Part shown: in pieces, positions 62,061 to 64,000 of the stretch
How positions within the stretch are numbered: position 1 is the first letter of the stretch
How the letters are laid out: the number at the start of each line of letters is the position of its first letter
Assembly (NCBI GenBank): GCA_963789395.1
Contig: CAWBKP010000021.1
Coordinates: forward strand, 96,001-160,000
Direction of reading: 5' to 3'
From: an uncultured delta proteobacterium
GTDB lineage: Bacteria > Desulfobacterota > Desulfobacteria > Desulfobacterales > Desulfatirhabdiaceae
DNA length: 64,000 bases
The notes under the pieces: generated by a model
Told to the model about the DNA's origin: nothing
Databases searched by the model: none
What the model saw: only the letters and a program-made list of their open reading frames with translations
Translations under genes and position numbers: made by a program

Positions 62061-62459
62061 ATGGATATGATGATTTCCTTTCCCGGAAACAAAAAGGTGG
62101 ATTCAACCTATAAGGGATTTACCGTCCATACGGACCAGCCGGTTTCAGAAGGCGGGGAGAATTCCGCTCCCGAGCCCTTTGATCTGTTCCTGGCTTCCAT
62201 CGGAACGTGTGCGGGTATTTATGTGTCCTCTTTTTGCAGGGAACGCGGGATAGATACAGCCGATCTTCGGCTGATTCTGAGTTTCCACCCCAATGCAGCC
62301 ACGGGAATGGTCGAACGGATTGATGTTCAGATCAAACTTCCCCCGGGTTTCCCCGAAAAATACAAGGCTGCGGTCATACGAAGCGCTGAAATGTGTTTTG
62401 TGAAAAAGCATCTGTCGGCGCCGCCGCAGTTTCATATGACTGCATCCATTGAAGGATGA
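62061..62459 (+). CDS. OsmC family protein
   Basis: TDQP..GGENSAPEPFDLFLASIGTCAG, C.VKKH. Confidence 0.88.
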   Translation: MDMMISFPGNKKVDSTYKGFTVHTDQPVSEGGENSAPEPFDLFLASIGTCAGIYVSSFCRERGIDTADLRLILSFHPNAATGMVERIDVQIKLPPGFPEKYKAAVIRSAEMCFVKKHLSAPPQFHMTASIEG

Positions 62460-62541
62460 CGGGGGTGAGGTGTCCCTGGAGATCGGCCGGTACGGAATTC
62501 CATCCAAAAGATGCAAGATGATGATTGAAATGAGATAGACC

Positions 62542-63863
62542 ATGAAACAGGTATTGATTGTTGACGATGAAAAATCTCTGCTTCTCAGCATCCGGGCAGG
62601 TTTTAAGGCATACAAGGATCGCTACAAGCTGTTTACGGCGGAAAATGGGAAAAAAGCCATAACCGTTCTGGAGTCAAATGCCATTGACCTGGTGGTCACG
62701 GATATTCGCATGCCGGAAATGGACGGATTCGAGCTTCTGGTTTATATGAATACCCGTTTTCCCGCCATTCCCGTTCTCGTCATGAGCGCCTATGGCACCC
62801 GGGAAATCCAGGGGAAATTCGAATCCATAGGGATTATCGGCTTTCTGGACAAGCCGGTTGATTTCGACGATCTGGTGAAAAAAATTGATGAAGGGTTAAA
62901 GCTGACGTCCCAGGCAGGGACCATGACCGGTTTTTCAGTGGGGAGTTTTCTCCAGCTTATCGAAATGGAAGAAAAAACCTGTCTGCTTGAAGTGAGTGCC
63001 AGAGGAAAAAAAGGGCTTTTTTATTTTGATCACGGCCTGTTGTTTGATGCGGTCAGCGGCAGACTGATCGGAGAAGAAGCTGCCATAGAGATGATTATGT
63101 GGAACCAGGTCGCGCTTTCATTCAAAAACCTGCCGGATAAAAAAATCATGCGGCGCATCAATTCCGAGCTGATGCCCATTATGATGGAAGCTTCGAGGCG
63201 GAAAGATGAAAAGCTTCAAGAAAACGAACTGGGGGGGATTGATGGATCTTTTGAGGAAGATCTCAATTTTCTGGAAGGTGAACTCGGTTCGTTAAAAGAC
63301 GGCGAGGATCTATTCGGCGGGCCTCCTGAAAGCCAGAAGACTGTTGAGCCGGACTGGCTGACGCCGGAATGTCCGGGGCCGAACATTCTGCTGACACCCG
63401 GAATATTCCGATGCGAACGTCTTGGCACCTCCGGAAAGTGATGATGGCCTTGAGTCGCTGCTGTCCGACACGGTTCCTGCCATCACCGTCAAACAACCCG
63501 TGAAGCAGGTCGTGAGCTGTTAAAAAAAATGGCGGCGGAACTGCATGGCGCGATGATGATCAGCCTGATGGATCTTGATGGCATGATGATCGCTGAACAC
63601 AATCCCGCGCAAATTCCATCGGATGTTTTTGCCGCCAAGTTTGCGATGGTCATTGGAATCATCGAAAAGAACCCTCACGGAAATTGAGGGGGTCGGCGGG
63701 TTGAAAGAGGCAATTTTTCAGGCCAGTGATGCCTGGATCGTATGCCGCCTTGTGGCGCCTGCCTTTTACCTGGGGATTGTGGTCAACCAGGAGTCGACGC
63801 TGGGTAATATCCGTCTGGTTTCAGGACAAATATATTGATAAGGTCCGCCAGTTGCTGCCATAA
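62542..63863 (+). CDS. Response regulator receiver-DUF4388-roadblock/LC7-like protein, several frameshifts after ~63350
   Basis: VDDE, TDIRMP, KP; FLQLIEMEEKTC..G..YFDHG; stitched tail ISLMDLDGMMIAE..AAKFAMV..YLGIVV..TLGNIRLV. Confidence 0.7.
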
Positions 63864-63928
63864 ACAGACTGTTGATGCGGGTACGTTTGTGGCGTTTTTT
63901 TCAATCATCCGGTGGATAGAAACAGATA

Positions 63929-64000
63929 ATGGAATTGCCTGCCAGCACAAATACAACGCAACTGATTGAGGATCTGGAACAGATTTTTTCCATCCTGCGG
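63929..64000 (+). CDS. Start of an unidentified gene running off the window
   Basis: Open frame MELPASTNTTQLIEDLEQIFSILR. Confidence 0.35.
   Translation, partial: MELPASTNTTQLIEDLEQIFSILR

Noticed and set aside
59247..62459. selC, selA or UGA-recoded selenoproteins near selB
   Set aside because: No tRNA-Sec structure or in-frame UGA at a catalytic Cys position seen; OsmC uses Cys codons

Overview
Bacterial chromosomal window, most likely from a Desulfobacterota (deltaproteobacterial sulfate-reducer-like) genome. This is inferred from the Desulfovibrio-type bacterioferritin, the lysS-lolE-lolD-bamA-skp-lpxD-fabZ-lpxA-oxidoreductase-lpxB-msbA gene order, selB and pilC/pilS. Single-base indels break many genes, including essential bamA and lpxB, which points to uncorrected consensus errors rather than mass pseudogenisation. 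Left to right the window holds: pilC-pilS; a YbhGFSR-like ABC exporter; the envelope/lipid A cluster with a decayed PAP2 phosphatase; a TetR/FAD-oxidoreductase pair; and a ~14 kb stress island (28-42.3 kb) with an RPH-architecture phosphotransferase operon, uvsE, bfr, two cfa-like methyltransferases and a DUF1295-DUF2177-desaturase-DUF1365-cfa block behind a Fur/PerR-like box. After that come UPF0182, galT-like and terC genes, a cbiQO module whose cbiM is reduced to a 33-codon in-frame remnant, an SRAP-lexA-small gene-PolY cassette, ridA flanked by inverted (one nested) MITE-like repeats, a Cache protein plus chemoreceptor, DUF2333-selB, yqaA, osmC and a REC-DUF4388-roadblock protein. No rRNA, tRNA, CRISPR array, integrase or transposase was recognised. 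All family calls come from reading motifs by eye; no database search was run.
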